From a virus: a DNA stretch of 64,000 nt. The position numbers were made by a program, and so were the translations under genes. Positions 49,701 through 59,197 of the stretch are shown here, piece by piece. Positions within the stretch are counted from its first letter, which is position 1. The number at the start of each line of letters is the position of its first letter. The DNA lies in the IMG/VR virus record IMGVR_UViG_3300027747_004779, positions 1 through 64,000 of that record; one strand, given 5' to 3'. The notes beneath the pieces are model-generated. The model was not told the origin of the DNA. It did no database searches and worked only from the letters and a program-made list of their open reading frames with translations.

Positions 49701-50177
49701 TGCATAGAGTGTTAATGTGTATCCTTCAGCGCTTAATGCATGGTATGATTGCCAGCTTGTGTGACGATTTACTGTTAGCGGGTCTTCTATTTTACTTGCC
49801 GGGGTATCGTATATAAATTTTACATAATCTTCAAAAACAAGCTGGTCACGGATAAAATCATGTATGTAAACTGTAGGTCCGTATGAGCTATCGTAAGCAT
49901 TGCCGTTTTTATCGTAAATAGTTAATCTAATTCTATATTTACCTGGCCATTGATATACATGTGACGCAGTTAGACTATTAGAAAACGTACCGTCGCCGAA
50001 ATCCCAACGCACTAATCGGTTGGAGATATTATTTGTTGCGGTTAATGTTGAAGAAGAAGTAAAATCGGGTTCAAAGTATAAAGGCGTATTTGGCAATGTA
50101 TAAGCAGATAATGATAATGAACCTGTATAGTTTCTTATGTAGAAGTATACGTAAGTATAATTTACCGAGTTAGCCAT
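46710..50177 (-). CDS. baseplate wedge-region protein with PKD and beta-propeller domains
   Basis: WDFGDG..ASHVY..PGKY; repeated D...N.WV blades; directly follows the gp6-like gene. Confidence 0.7.
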   Translation of the reverse strand: MANSVNYTYVYFYIRNYTGSLSLSAYTLPNTPLYFEPDFTSSSTLTATNNISNRLVRWDFGDGTFSNSLTASHVYQWPGKYRIRLTIYDKNGNAYDSSYGPTVYIHDFIRDQLVFEDYVKFIYDTPASKIEDPLTVNRHTSWQSYHALSAEGYTLTLYASGAIGDYQNVENFYNDKWSHLRKLSRFYEKIPVGDTYEYALVEKIKTSNTEIYANIVNNHLQYCSKDDEGSVFVGTTGSCSFYYVDDRVKNFTSREPPIFIFATLDNAKFNDQYTQYKNSYEYLPYPPYGYQNIKPAVLPIIKIRHNPATDLSISTTGIDGEGTLSSTKFNLPEISWQNTEIPFVIRMKDKDNFTTKTYPPLSSSTTHPKLSSLSAFNVKFGIIQQTDNGNIEVPDVIYYEDFETNIPQSIGAFYKGYFTIPNETLNCILTASMVIDDPANYPKDVLFGWIAVPQYNVLLRFFRQEIYDYCSGYLSLTISADEKFFDAKNNRNVYAIQVAPSGAGPGNDYQTWFADGTRDTLFKFDVNGKMLSSFPMSAYPVLSGGQIITTNLLSPILSSAAPGSLSLDGKCDVWVALFDSVSCVKIDASQGYVKAVAYPNFTNYTYYLSSDYNIPYLSGFAGENSLLPSSLDTDYEDNLWVTYNHPISNFLIKYDTYGTLLTVIPFPSLIAPQEAVVDRNRYVWVTAFNYAQDTHATTLTGKNDYLYKFTSEGALVSGYPLSGFRFIGDITVDSLQNAWVVQDRDTLTRVSGIDGSLTNYIAGSGNRTNYICSIGGIACDSSDFIWVINTFTNKMYFIDTYAPPVSAVDGYGYESLDLLYPSISIKELSTFEEKSFQAYGDWLGGRWINKHMVPQTTTRLLTGQSNLFNIYPVSGQYGLSKVNEDFNAEGFYKSLIFTESLEEKKIFFNDFLGTIVGGASAQPYELGKTIYEKIANFTSNIDDIDKVNLDQLLSFCKELSIQFEQYNYPFPPQLLRLVNILSIKHKNLWGERNKFAQSFYKNAYTVDNSLQLNLGTEYSTLTSTISSGVPVVAYEIFSGNYTLVNFVEIPGIKYGETVQLSDYTYDWGWGLIAPRTLVGSRISDYYKFYEYTPFYEGSHYNNIIDWNNPMTTVSYTNSSFQEWSKNSGIMQSLLSYELTKGLRLFLSGSDIVYNN

Positions 50178-52030
50178 TAGAACTCTCGCTGTAATGATTG
50201 AATAGAAGGTGTAACGATCTTAATTTTGTTTATAAAATCTAATACATTATTAAGGTACGGAAACTTAAAATAAGGTAGCTGTAAGTCTTGCGTTGTAATT
50301 TGTATATCGCTTTCAGAATATACAGGGTTGTATATAACAAGACTAATTCCAGGGACGGTTGCTGTCTGAGTGCCTTGTGTTCTTATTGTATTAATGTCAT
50401 TTACACCGGGAAGAGCAAGAATTTGATTTGTAAGCTTGGTAAGACTTACTAACAGACCGAGATTATCTTTAAGTATAGAGAAATAATTAGTAAATATTGC
50501 TGCAATCTCTTGTCGAAGTGCTTCAGGATTACGTTTTGCTGTAATATCTCGCGATATTTCTAGATAAGATGTTTCTGCTACAGTAGGTGAAAGAGTTTCA
50601 CCGGGAAATCTTGTTCCTATATCAACAGCAACATATACAGGATCATTAACAATAACCTCTGCAGTAGTTAGTTTTACAGATTGTAAATCGTTTAATAAGA
50701 GTTGTTTTTGTGCAGTATTTAAGTAATTTGCTCTTGTAGTGAGAGATGTAAGCTTATCAAGTTTAGGTACAGCATATACGTAGACGTTGTTAAAATTACA
50801 AGAATCTGCAAATTTTACCTGGTTAAATAAAACACGACTCTCATAATTAGGTTTAGATACGCCGAGATCGAAATAGTATTTTAAGTGACCGGATATATAA
50901 TCCCAATTATTAATAACTCTCACAGAGGAAATAATATTTTTATAGTTTTTTGATACATAGTTTGTAAAATCTTCTGAAGTAATAAGCCGGTACTGGCTTC
51001 TAAAACTATTAATGGCATTGTTCTTAATGCTTTTAACACTTTCACGGGCTACAAAAGTTGTAGAGCTATCAATATTAGAGAATTGTATATTACTGACCTG
51101 GTCAGCATTAATAAGTGTAAGGTTTGAAGAGGTAGTATCAGACTGTATAGCTTTAAAGCGGGGCGAATTATAAAAGAATATTTTATTATTGTTTAATAGT
51201 CCTGGGCCTACTTCACCGCGAGTACCATCTGATTTAATATAATATATTGCTACCTCATCGCCGACATTTAGTTTCTTACCTGTAACGTTATTACCAAATC
51301 TTAACTCGTAACGTTCATTTTCATTTAAACGAATTTCATAAACACGAGAGTTAGATCTTTCTAAAAACAATGACTGTGTTGGAGTCCATCTTTCCCATGT
51401 CGGTGTTCCAACAGTATTATCTTTTACATAAACATCGATGTTAAAATGATCTATGGTAACATTTTGCCCGTTTGTATCTACAACTGTCATAGTAACAACT
51501 TCAAACGGCTCACCAGTAGCTGTATATGTCGGGTATTCGTTATATGCTCCTTGAAATAATAAATTATTTTCTTGTAATTCTGTTAACGCTTCTGTGCCGT
51601 TATTAATTTTTGTAAAAGTGACGTCTGTATTAAATGAAAATGTCGCGCCATTAACGGTAAAATAAGAATATCTTGGTATTGTATATGTTCCTGCAGGAAG
51701 AGTTTCTTGTGCTGTTGCTAGAAATGATAATATAGAAGTTTGATTGCCAATAGGGTTATAATTTATAAGCTTTACTATTTTATTAATATTTTCATATAAC
51801 TCTGCTGTAGTAAACGTACTTTCAGCTCCAGAACGGTTGAGATAGAAAATTAAAACATGATATGCATAGGCAACAATATCTATAATAGACGATAAATTAC
51901 TACCTTCAAAGTTTTGATCTGTAAAAATATTATTTGTGTTTAATCTTGTGGTAATTAAACTTTTTAAGCTAGTAGCATCAAACGCTACATAGCCATCTGT
52001 CGTTAAGTCGAAATTATTAAAAGTTGCCAT
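50177..52030 (-). CDS. baseplate wedge subunit, T4 gp6-like
   Basis: FTDQNFEGSNLSSIIDIVAY, YELRFGN...GK, QYRLITSEDF. Confidence 0.9.
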   Translation of the reverse strand: MATFNNFDLTTDGYVAFDATSLKSLITTRLNTNNIFTDQNFEGSNLSSIIDIVAYAYHVLIFYLNRSGAESTFTTAELYENINKIVKLINYNPIGNQTSILSFLATAQETLPAGTYTIPRYSYFTVNGATFSFNTDVTFTKINNGTEALTELQENNLLFQGAYNEYPTYTATGEPFEVVTMTVVDTNGQNVTIDHFNIDVYVKDNTVGTPTWERWTPTQSLFLERSNSRVYEIRLNENERYELRFGNNVTGKKLNVGDEVAIYYIKSDGTRGEVGPGLLNNNKIFFYNSPRFKAIQSDTTSSNLTLINADQVSNIQFSNIDSSTTFVARESVKSIKNNAINSFRSQYRLITSEDFTNYVSKNYKNIISSVRVINNWDYISGHLKYYFDLGVSKPNYESRVLFNQVKFADSCNFNNVYVYAVPKLDKLTSLTTRANYLNTAQKQLLLNDLQSVKLTTAEVIVNDPVYVAVDIGTRFPGETLSPTVAETSYLEISRDITAKRNPEALRQEIAAIFTNYFSILKDNLGLLVSLTKLTNQILALPGVNDINTIRTQGTQTATVPGISLVIYNPVYSESDIQITTQDLQLPYFKFPYLNNVLDFINKIKIVTPSIQSLQREF

Positions 52031-52031
52031 A

Positions 52032-52511
52032 TTAATTAAAGAAGAATCCTGAATTACTTAATGTACCAACAAGCTTAAAACTACTACTTGTGTCAATAGT
52101 AATCATTGTTATTATAAGTGTAATAATGTACTGTTGGTTCACTTCATCAGATTGCACGTTTATTGTTTTGACGCGTACACGAGGTTCAAATTTGTTAATA
52201 CCGTCTAAAATTTCATTACCAATACTATACCCCACGGCTTCGCTTATAGGGTTAAATAGGTATCTTTGTAGATTCAACCCAAACGTTGGGTTTAAGATAC
52301 GTTGACCGGGTACTGTATTAAAGAGATTAAAAATAGAATTTCTAACTGCGGCATAATCGTAGTCGATCTTAAGATCTCTTATTTCTTTTCTCTTAAGAAA
52401 TTCATTGTTTCTTGTATAATCAAACTGTAGGTCGAGCTCTAAATCCGTATATGTATATTTACTTGTAGATTTACTTGGTTCTGCAATTGATTCAACTTTA
52501 ATTGTGGCCAC
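52032..52511 (-). CDS. baseplate wedge subunit, T4 gp25-like
   Basis: AVRNSIFNLFNT.PGQRILNPTFGLNL..YLF, FEPRV; TATAAATA at 52524-52517. Confidence 0.92.
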   Translation of the reverse strand: MATIKVESIAEPSKSTSKYTYTDLELDLQFDYTRNNEFLKRKEIRDLKIDYDYAAVRNSIFNLFNTVPGQRILNPTFGLNLQRYLFNPISEAVGYSIGNEILDGINKFEPRVRVKTINVQSDEVNQQYIITLIITMITIDTSSSFKLVGTLSNSGFFFN

Positions 52512-52580
52512 ATACTTATTTATAGTACATTTATTCTTTTAAAAACAGTTTTTATTAAGTATAAAGCATAAATAATTTAA

Positions 52581-53189
52581 ATGAATAGGAACTTTGTCAA
52601 ATTATATGAGTCCGCTATTAGCAGATATACAAGAGGTGGTTTTCTCGCAGGCGATGTAGTTAAATTCAATGAAGGTGCGTTTAATGACGTGTGGTATAAG
52701 AATTTAGGTGAAAATACAAAGGAAAAAATACAAAACATGGTAAAGAGTGGGTTAAATCTACGTGTTTCAAATGTTAAGAATACACTTCCTGCTGTTATGG
52801 GTGCAGGTAATATCGATGACATGACAATCGACACTAATCTCGATATTACCTCTGAAATAGCCCCAGGGAGATATATGGATTTTGTTACTATACCTGCTCG
52901 CCTAGTTTCACCTGTCGGTTCATACCCAAATCTACCTGAAGTACCAGAAGTCTTTAAGAAAGACGATCCAGGCAAACGTGCGCATATTAAGGCTAAGGTA
53001 GTTAAAGATGAACAAGAGGAAGTTCCTTTTTATACTCCTCAAGGAACTAGATTGTCTGATGTAGGTAATAAAAAGCTAACAACAGGTGATCGCGTTCTCA
53101 AGAATCAAAATACAGTTATTCCATCTTCACCGGCTGAAGGTCATAAAGACCCCGCCTCATATACATACAACTATCTACCTAAGCGCTAA
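52581..53189 (+). CDS. hypothetical late protein
   Basis: Follows TAAATA; preferred over the overlapping minus-strand ORF. Confidence 0.75.
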   Translation: MNRNFVKLYESAISRYTRGGFLAGDVVKFNEGAFNDVWYKNLGENTKEKIQNMVKSGLNLRVSNVKNTLPAVMGAGNIDDMTIDTNLDITSEIAPGRYMDFVTIPARLVSPVGSYPNLPEVPEVFKKDDPGKRAHIKAKVVKDEQEEVPFYTPQGTRLSDVGNKKLTTGDRVLKNQNTVIPSSPAEGHKDPASYTYNYLPKR

Positions 53190-54117
53190 GTTTAAGTTCA
53201 GATAACGCGATTAAACACGTATAACAGTTAATCTCTTGGTCTATAACAAAAGAACTCCTATAGATATACTCTGAAATAGTAAGAAGATAATGCTTTTTAG
53301 TATTAATATTAGTTTCAATACTGTCAATATAGTTGAAAAGATTTCTCATTAAAGAAACGTAGTCGTTATTAAACTGACTCTCATTTTCTATAAGAGCTTT
53401 TCTGAGTGAAGTAACATTTTTGTTTTTTATTTCATTAAAAATGAGCTTTAAGACTTCATCATTCTTGAAGTTACTAAGCTTTAGTGCACCTGCGCTTGAA
53501 TATTTTTGTAATTCGTTAAGACATTTACGAAGATCAGGATAAAAAGAATGAATAAATTCAAGTAGCAGTGCTTTCTGCTCGTCATTTACTTCTATTTTTT
53601 CTGTTTTAAGTATATTAACACATCTTTTTGTAAAGCTAGGTTGAGGCGGTGTAAGATCAAAGCTCTGACATCTGCTTTGCAATGCTGGAATAACCCGATA
53701 TTTGTGATTAGCTGTAAGTATAAAGCGAGTGATTTTCGAGAACTCTTCCATTGTATTGCGTAGTGCACGTTGAGCGTCCATAGTTAACCCGTCAGTCTCG
53801 TCAAGAATAATAACTTTTATCTTACCATCAATACTTTTCGTTTGTGCAAAGTTAGTTACTTTACTACGAATTGTATCAATTCCATTTTCATCACTAGCAT
53901 TAATATACAAATACTGACATTCTAGTAGGTCATTAACAATAATCTTAGCTAAAGATGTTTTACCTATACCGGGGCTACCGGTGAACAGTAAATTGGGTAT
54001 CTCATTTTTACCCTTGAAGGAACTTATAAGCGATTTATTTTCGTCTGATATAATAAAATCATCGAACTTAGCAGGACGATACTTTTCAACCCAAAGATTA
54101 GAAAAATCGTAGTTCAT
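53179..54117 (-). CDS. sliding clamp loader ATPase subunit (T4 gp44 / RFC small-like)
   Basis: LWVEKYRP, GSPGIGKT, INASD, IILDE, ALQSRC. Confidence 0.96.
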   Translation of the reverse strand: MNYDFSNLWVEKYRPAKFDDFIISDENKSLISSFKGKNEIPNLLFTGSPGIGKTSLAKIIVNDLLECQYLYINASDENGIDTIRSKVTNFAQTKSIDGKIKVIILDETDGLTMDAQRALRNTMEEFSKITRFILTANHKYRVIPALQSRCQSFDLTPPQPSFTKRCVNILKTEKIEVNDEQKALLLEFIHSFYPDLRKCLNELQKYSSAGALKLSNFKNDEVLKLIFNEIKNKNVTSLRKALIENESQFNNDYVSLMRNLFNYIDSIETNINTKKHYLLTISEYIYRSSFVIDQEINCYTCLIALSELKLSA

Positions 54118-54584
54118 TATTTACCAGATGACCCGAATCCTTTATCACCACGAGCACTTTCTTCAACTGTTCCCCACTCAATAGGCATAGAAAAATTCAT
54201 ATACACAGCAAACTGTGCAATTCTATCACCGGTCTTAACCTGATAATCTGTATCCGTAAGGTTATAAAGCTTTATACCTGCATCCCCTCGATAACCGCAA
54301 TCAATAATACCTGGATGCGCCATAATACCGTGCTTAAACCCGAGACCGCTGCGAGATTCAACTTTAACCCAATAGCCTTCAGGTATAGATGCGAATTTTA
54401 AGCCGACACTAACGACGTCGCTACTTCTAGCCGGTATTATCTTGTCTTCAATAGAATAAACATCATAGCCTGTATCAGACTCATGGTTTTTACTAGGTAA
54501 TTTAGCCAATTCATGTGTTTTCTCAAACTTTAAAACAGGGAGGAACTGTAAATTCGGATCAGACTGAGGGCTTATATTATACAT
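54117..54584 (-). CDS. dut: trimeric dUTPase
   Basis: GYDV, RSGLG, GIIDCGYRG, GDRIAQ, RGDKGFGSSG; start probably ATG 54584. Confidence 0.96.
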   Translation of the reverse strand: MYNISPQSDPNLQFLPVLKFEKTHELAKLPSKNHESDTGYDVYSIEDKIIPARSSDVVSVGLKFASIPEGYWVKVESRSGLGFKHGIMAHPGIIDCGYRGDAGIKLYNLTDTDYQVKTGDRIAQFAVYMNFSMPIEWGTVEESARGDKGFGSSGK

Positions 54585-54635
54585 ACCTCTATTATAATAT
54601 ACCTTTATAAAAATCAATACGTATTAAATATTATT

Positions 54636-55115
54636 ATGAGTGAAGAACTTAATGAAATGGTAGGAGATCTATTAACCCAGCTATCAGACGCGAATAAACA
54701 AGCTGAAAAAGCTAAAAAAACTAGTGATCCGTTGACTAAAGAAAACATGGAAAAATTTGTTATTGAAAAGGCTGGTAGACTAGTAGAAGAAAGTCTTGAT
54801 GTTATGACAAATGTAAAGGATTACATATCTTCAGCTCCGGAGAGCAAGGATGTTGGTTCATTGTCTGAACTAATAGCTGCTACTGCTACAGCAATAGAGA
54901 CTTTAAACAAAATTATAGTGACAGACAAGCGTAATGATACAGTTATTAAAGCTAAAGAAATGGATATTGCATCGAGAAAAGAGCTTAAGACAGCTGACAA
55001 TACAAATAAACTCATGATAACACGAGAACAGGTCTTTAAGATGTTAATCGACAGCGCTAACAACAGTGCTAAAATTATAGATGCAGAAATTGTAGAAGAT
55101 AAAAAAATATCTTAA
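54636..55115 (+). CDS. possible terminase small subunit (T4 gp16-like)
   Basis: Helical ~160-aa late protein with a two-helix core and C-terminal NTNKLMITREQVFKML resembling gp16; weak similarity. Confidence 0.45.
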   Translation: MSEELNEMVGDLLTQLSDANKQAEKAKKTSDPLTKENMEKFVIEKAGRLVEESLDVMTNVKDYISSAPESKDVGSLSELIAATATAIETLNKIIVTDKRNDTVIKAKEMDIASRKELKTADNTNKLMITREQVFKMLIDSANNSAKIIDAEIVEDKKIS

Positions 55116-57205
55116 CTGTAATCGTCTTTATTATCACATTCAAAGAACGTTGTATAAAAGCTACTCCACAGTTGCTTAAAGTCAGGTACAAGCCCTTTAA
55201 GAGCTTTCTTAAAGTCATCTATCTTCGGCATCTTAGGCACTAAGCTGTTAAGTGCGCTTTGGAAATCTTTAGTAATATTAATATTTGTTAAGCTATTAAA
55301 ATTAATTTTTCCTATTATAGGGAGTTTAAAGTCGCATATAATACCTTTAAGCTGCTGAGCTGTTCCTAATATAGACCCAGCATTGAGATTACTGAAGCTT
55401 GTATTAGAAAGTAAGGAATATATTTGTGGAAATGACCCTGGGTCAACAGAAGGTAGTACATTAGGCATATTAGAGAGAGGTGATTGTATTATGGATTGTA
55501 AATTACCTAATGAAGATGTGAGACCTCCAGTAGCGCCTCCTGCAAGGCCTTGCAGATTATAAATAGGAGCAAGAAGCGTTTCTGTAAATGGTAAGTTGCC
55601 TATACCAGTTTGATTAACTTTACTAATTAAATTAGAAATTTGTTGGTTAGGGTATTGTAGTACGTAGTTGGCTGCTGCGAGTTTTGAAGTTGCTTTTTGT
55701 GATAACGATATTGGTGTAGTTAATTTTACAGTTCTAGACTGATATAAAAGAGCCCTATTACTTTCTGCAGTAGTAACACCTCCGTTCTTTTGTCGTGTCT
55801 TACAAGCTAAAGCACCTTTTATAGTTCTAAAATTCATTGAATTAATAACTTTCTTTTTAAGGATATCGACTTGCTGAGGCGTACCTTCTACGTTCATAGT
55901 ATAGTTAATATTTGGCATTGATTGAAGATTATTAGCACTTGTATTAGCAGGATTATATGCCATATTATCATTCATATTGCTAAAATAATTAAGATACTCA
56001 AATCTATCTTGACCAAACTTGCTAGCTAGACAATTAAGTGAGGGTGCTTGCGCTTTAAAAGAATTTTGATATGATGGAATATCGGTTACCAAATTTAAAC
56101 CGTGTGGCTGCGTGGAGTCGGTCGCTATATTGTATGTATCGTTTACTTTTTGAACATTAACTTGATTTGTTTTCATTAGTTGTGCGTTATTAAAGCTTAA
56201 ATCTTCTGATAATTCGAGCGTTCCTGTGGGTAGCTTGTTTTGTACCGATGTGGGTAGTGTTTGCGGTGGCCCGTAGTCAAGATTAACGTCGAATACCGGT
56301 GATACATATTCACTAAATTGCGATAATGTATTGGTTAAATAGCCAACACTATCACTAGGTTCAGCTAACAATGAATTTTCATCTATTTTAACCTGGGCTT
56401 TAACATCATCAGGTTGAGCTTGTAGTTTTTTATACCAAAAAAACACAAAATCGTTGTTTAAGCCTTGTAATGCGGAGTTTAATCCATTAAAAAACTTAGC
56501 TAAATTATTAATTGGGTCATTACTCTTTTTGGCATTCCAGTATTGTGTAGATAGATCTAGCTGTTTTTGTAAATTATTAGCTGATGACGCGCTGGCTGCT
56601 AGTGTTGGCGGATCATATGTATAAGTGTCTGTCGGAACCCATCCTGTTCTTAGCGGACCCCAATAAGCTGACATACCTAAATTTTTACCATTACTGTATC
56701 CTGCTATAGATCCATCTCGCCCTACTAGCGATTCAGCAATTCGAACCGCTGCATCAGCATTAGTATACGGGTCTTGTAATTGTGCTTGTGTAAATGGTGT
56801 ACTTTGAAGCTTATAGTTCAACGCATCGTTTGGAGATAATTGAAATAAACCATTTGAATTGCCGGGAAACCTGCCAACATCGCCCACCGTGTTGTTGTTA
56901 AAAGAAGATTCTTTGCCCGCTAAATTAGTAAAAAAGTTTGCCCAGGATTGCGGTGTACCATCAATACCGTATTTTGCACCGTCTGACGGAACATATCCAT
57001 TTAGACTTGAAGCTTGTAGTCTTTGTACCATATAATTATTAAGACTATTAGGGCTAACCTTACTTCCTGTCTGTTGAATAGGTTGAACTGAGACGGGTGC
57101 ACCAAGAACATTCATAAAAGTAGTATCTCTGTAAATAATATCAGTAGAGTTAGCTACATTCGTACTAAGAAGTTCGGGATATATTGTGCTTGTCTTTGTT
57201 TTCAT
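55112..57205 (-). CDS. baseplate hub-associated protein with lytic transglycosylase (SLT) domain
   Basis: LAGKESSFN..SNGLFQLS..LQDPYTN. Confidence 0.75.
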   Translation of the reverse strand: MKTKTSTIYPELLSTNVANSTDIIYRDTTFMNVLGAPVSVQPIQQTGSKVSPNSLNNYMVQRLQASSLNGYVPSDGAKYGIDGTPQSWANFFTNLAGKESSFNNNTVGDVGRFPGNSNGLFQLSPNDALNYKLQSTPFTQAQLQDPYTNADAAVRIAESLVGRDGSIAGYSNGKNLGMSAYWGPLRTGWVPTDTYTYDPPTLAASASSANNLQKQLDLSTQYWNAKKSNDPINNLAKFFNGLNSALQGLNNDFVFFWYKKLQAQPDDVKAQVKIDENSLLAEPSDSVGYLTNTLSQFSEYVSPVFDVNLDYGPPQTLPTSVQNKLPTGTLELSEDLSFNNAQLMKTNQVNVQKVNDTYNIATDSTQPHGLNLVTDIPSYQNSFKAQAPSLNCLASKFGQDRFEYLNYFSNMNDNMAYNPANTSANNLQSMPNINYTMNVEGTPQQVDILKKKVINSMNFRTIKGALACKTRQKNGGVTTAESNRALLYQSRTVKLTTPISLSQKATSKLAAANYVLQYPNQQISNLISKVNQTGIGNLPFTETLLAPIYNLQGLAGGATGGLTSSLGNLQSIIQSPLSNMPNVLPSVDPGSFPQIYSLLSNTSFSNLNAGSILGTAQQLKGIICDFKLPIIGKINFNSLTNINITKDFQSALNSLVPKMPKIDDFKKALKGLVPDFKQLWSSFYTTFFECDNKDDYS

Positions 57206-57207
57206 CT

Positions 57208-58797
57208 TTATTTACTATTTAGATTCAAAAATAAATTATCATAGCTATACGTTTTAACACATCTTAATTCATTAAAATAATCGCTTCCTGTAAAATTATG
57301 TTTTACTTCAACAACAAAATAAATACCTAGTATTTTATTATCAAAATCACTGTAAGGATAAGCACCATCACGGGTTACGCCTATAAACCTACCGGCTTGC
57401 CTATGTGTTGAACCAGGCACTGTAAATGAAATTGTATTGTTCATAAATATAGTATTGAATAAGCATTTATTACGGCCAGAGCCTAGTCTCTGATCTGCAT
57501 TAGACTCGTCTTCTTGTTCTATAATAGTAGATACATTGCGTATATTTTTTTGTGTTTGTCTGTATTCACCAGGAAAATAATTTCTATAAGCTTTATCAAA
57601 GCTAAATTTTTGAAAAGGTAGTACATAGCTTGTATCATAAACGCTTAATGCGCTATTAATTGTATTTCTCTGTTCATCAATCTGAAAACATTTTTCGTCA
57701 CTGTTATAACTATGTACATTTATCGATACGAGATCTTGCTGTGTATATATACCAGGCATTGGATCGTATGTAAAATTGTTTAGAATGCCGTATTTATCAA
57801 GCATAAGCCCGTCTGGGGGTACATAATCTGCCTTTTCTAGTATAAAGTTAGTTGCTGATTCGTCTGAGTATGATCCAAGCTTAAAAGTTTCAAGATATAA
57901 TTCACCGGCTGTACTACTTGTGCTCTGTGCTGCCCCGTTTAAAGCGCGTTTAAAGTATTCTGTTAAACTTAAAAATGTAAATTTGTTATTATCACGCTCT
58001 AATCTCAAAAAAGACATATCGTAGTTATTTTCGGATGAAGAAACGTGCCGAGAAATTAAATATTTTAAGCAATCTATACCTTTAAATCGCGCTGGTGCAG
58101 AAAAAAATGTATTTGTAACACCTCGGTCAAAGTTTGATTCATCTATGGTAATTGGCCATCCATCATCCTCTTTAAAAAAGTCTTTTAAAAATGCAAGAAC
58201 AGCTTCGCCGGTATAAATTCCTCGTGTTGCATTTGAACTATTAATAATATCCTTATTGTTTACATAGTTTGCTGTAGAAAAATATGAATTTTTTTCACGT
58301 AGTAATTCATTATGCATATCCCAAAAATAAAGCTTTTTAAATTTTTCTCCCGGGTTTGTTCCTAATATTTCCTCCGTATTATAAACAGCAAAATTAAAGC
58401 GAAGACGGAAAGCTTTTTCAGCATCTGCGTTAGTTGAAAATGCAAAATTATCTTCATCAAGCTTAGGCATAATATCAATAACTAAAATATCACGACTATC
58501 CCCCTTAAATATAAAGCCTTTATCGTTAGAAAGTGTTGTTGCACCGGGTGTAGCACTTTCAGCATTTCTAAAATCTGCTATTCTCTCAACAGCATCAAAC
58601 GTGTTGTTTATAATTATATATCCTTTGTGATAAAAGTCTTGAAAATCATCATCTAGTACAAATTTATTAATAGCACCAATTTTTAATTCTTGATAGCGTC
58701 CATCAGTTGTATAAAGCCCTATGTTAAATCTATAGGGGTTATTGTTGATAATATTGGCAAAATCTGTACCAGCGCTAGATGGTGTGTAATTATCCAT
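57208..58797 (-). CDS. baseplate hub protein (gp27-like)
   Basis: C-terminal VPGSTHRQAGRFI..GIYFVVEVKHNF....YFNELRCVK. Confidence 0.65.
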   Translation of the reverse strand: MDNYTPSSAGTDFANIINNNPYRFNIGLYTTDGRYQELKIGAINKFVLDDDFQDFYHKGYIIINNTFDAVERIADFRNAESATPGATTLSNDKGFIFKGDSRDILVIDIMPKLDEDNFAFSTNADAEKAFRLRFNFAVYNTEEILGTNPGEKFKKLYFWDMHNELLREKNSYFSTANYVNNKDIINSSNATRGIYTGEAVLAFLKDFFKEDDGWPITIDESNFDRGVTNTFFSAPARFKGIDCLKYLISRHVSSSENNYDMSFLRLERDNNKFTFLSLTEYFKRALNGAAQSTSSTAGELYLETFKLGSYSDESATNFILEKADYVPPDGLMLDKYGILNNFTYDPMPGIYTQQDLVSINVHSYNSDEKCFQIDEQRNTINSALSVYDTSYVLPFQKFSFDKAYRNYFPGEYRQTQKNIRNVSTIIEQEDESNADQRLGSGRNKCLFNTIFMNNTISFTVPGSTHRQAGRFIGVTRDGAYPYSDFDNKILGIYFVVEVKHNFTGSDYFNELRCVKTYSYDNLFLNLNSK

Positions 58798-58798
58798 G

Positions 58799-59161
58799 TT
58801 ATTTTAGTGCAATTTTAATTTCGTTTAATACAGTTGAAACATATTGTGGTTTTATAACCTTTATAAGCGTTCCTTTATCAGGAAATTTCACAGGATTAAA
58901 CACTTTATTAGCAAGACATATTAACCACCATAGTTCTATTGTCTGATATGCATTGTAGCTGACAATCGTCCATGGCATCTTTGTCGTAATCTGTTGATAG
59001 TATATGTAATCTTCATTTATATTATCAGGAAGAAATACAGATTGTAAGAGATTGTAGTAGTACTGACCTGCATCGTTAGTATAAAGTTTAAAGATATTCT
59101 CGTATCTCGTGCTTTTTAAGCCTGGTAGCCCTTTAATGCTGTTTTGAAACGTACCGTCCAT
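58799..59161 (-). CDS. baseplate wedge protein (gp53-like)
   Basis: VSYNAY.TIELWWLICLAN.VFNP. Confidence 0.8.
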   Translation of the reverse strand: MDGTFQNSIKGLPGLKSTRYENIFKLYTNDAGQYYYNLLQSVFLPDNINEDYIYYQQITTKMPWTIVSYNAYQTIELWWLICLANKVFNPVKFPDKGTLIKVIKPQYVSTVLNEIKIALK

Positions 59162-59197
59162 AATAATACTTATGCTAAAAATGCAATTAGCTTGTTA

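Noticed and set aside
52577-52975. 132-aa minus-strand ORF
   Set aside because: Almost fully overlaps the longer plus-strand ORF that has a late promoter and ATG
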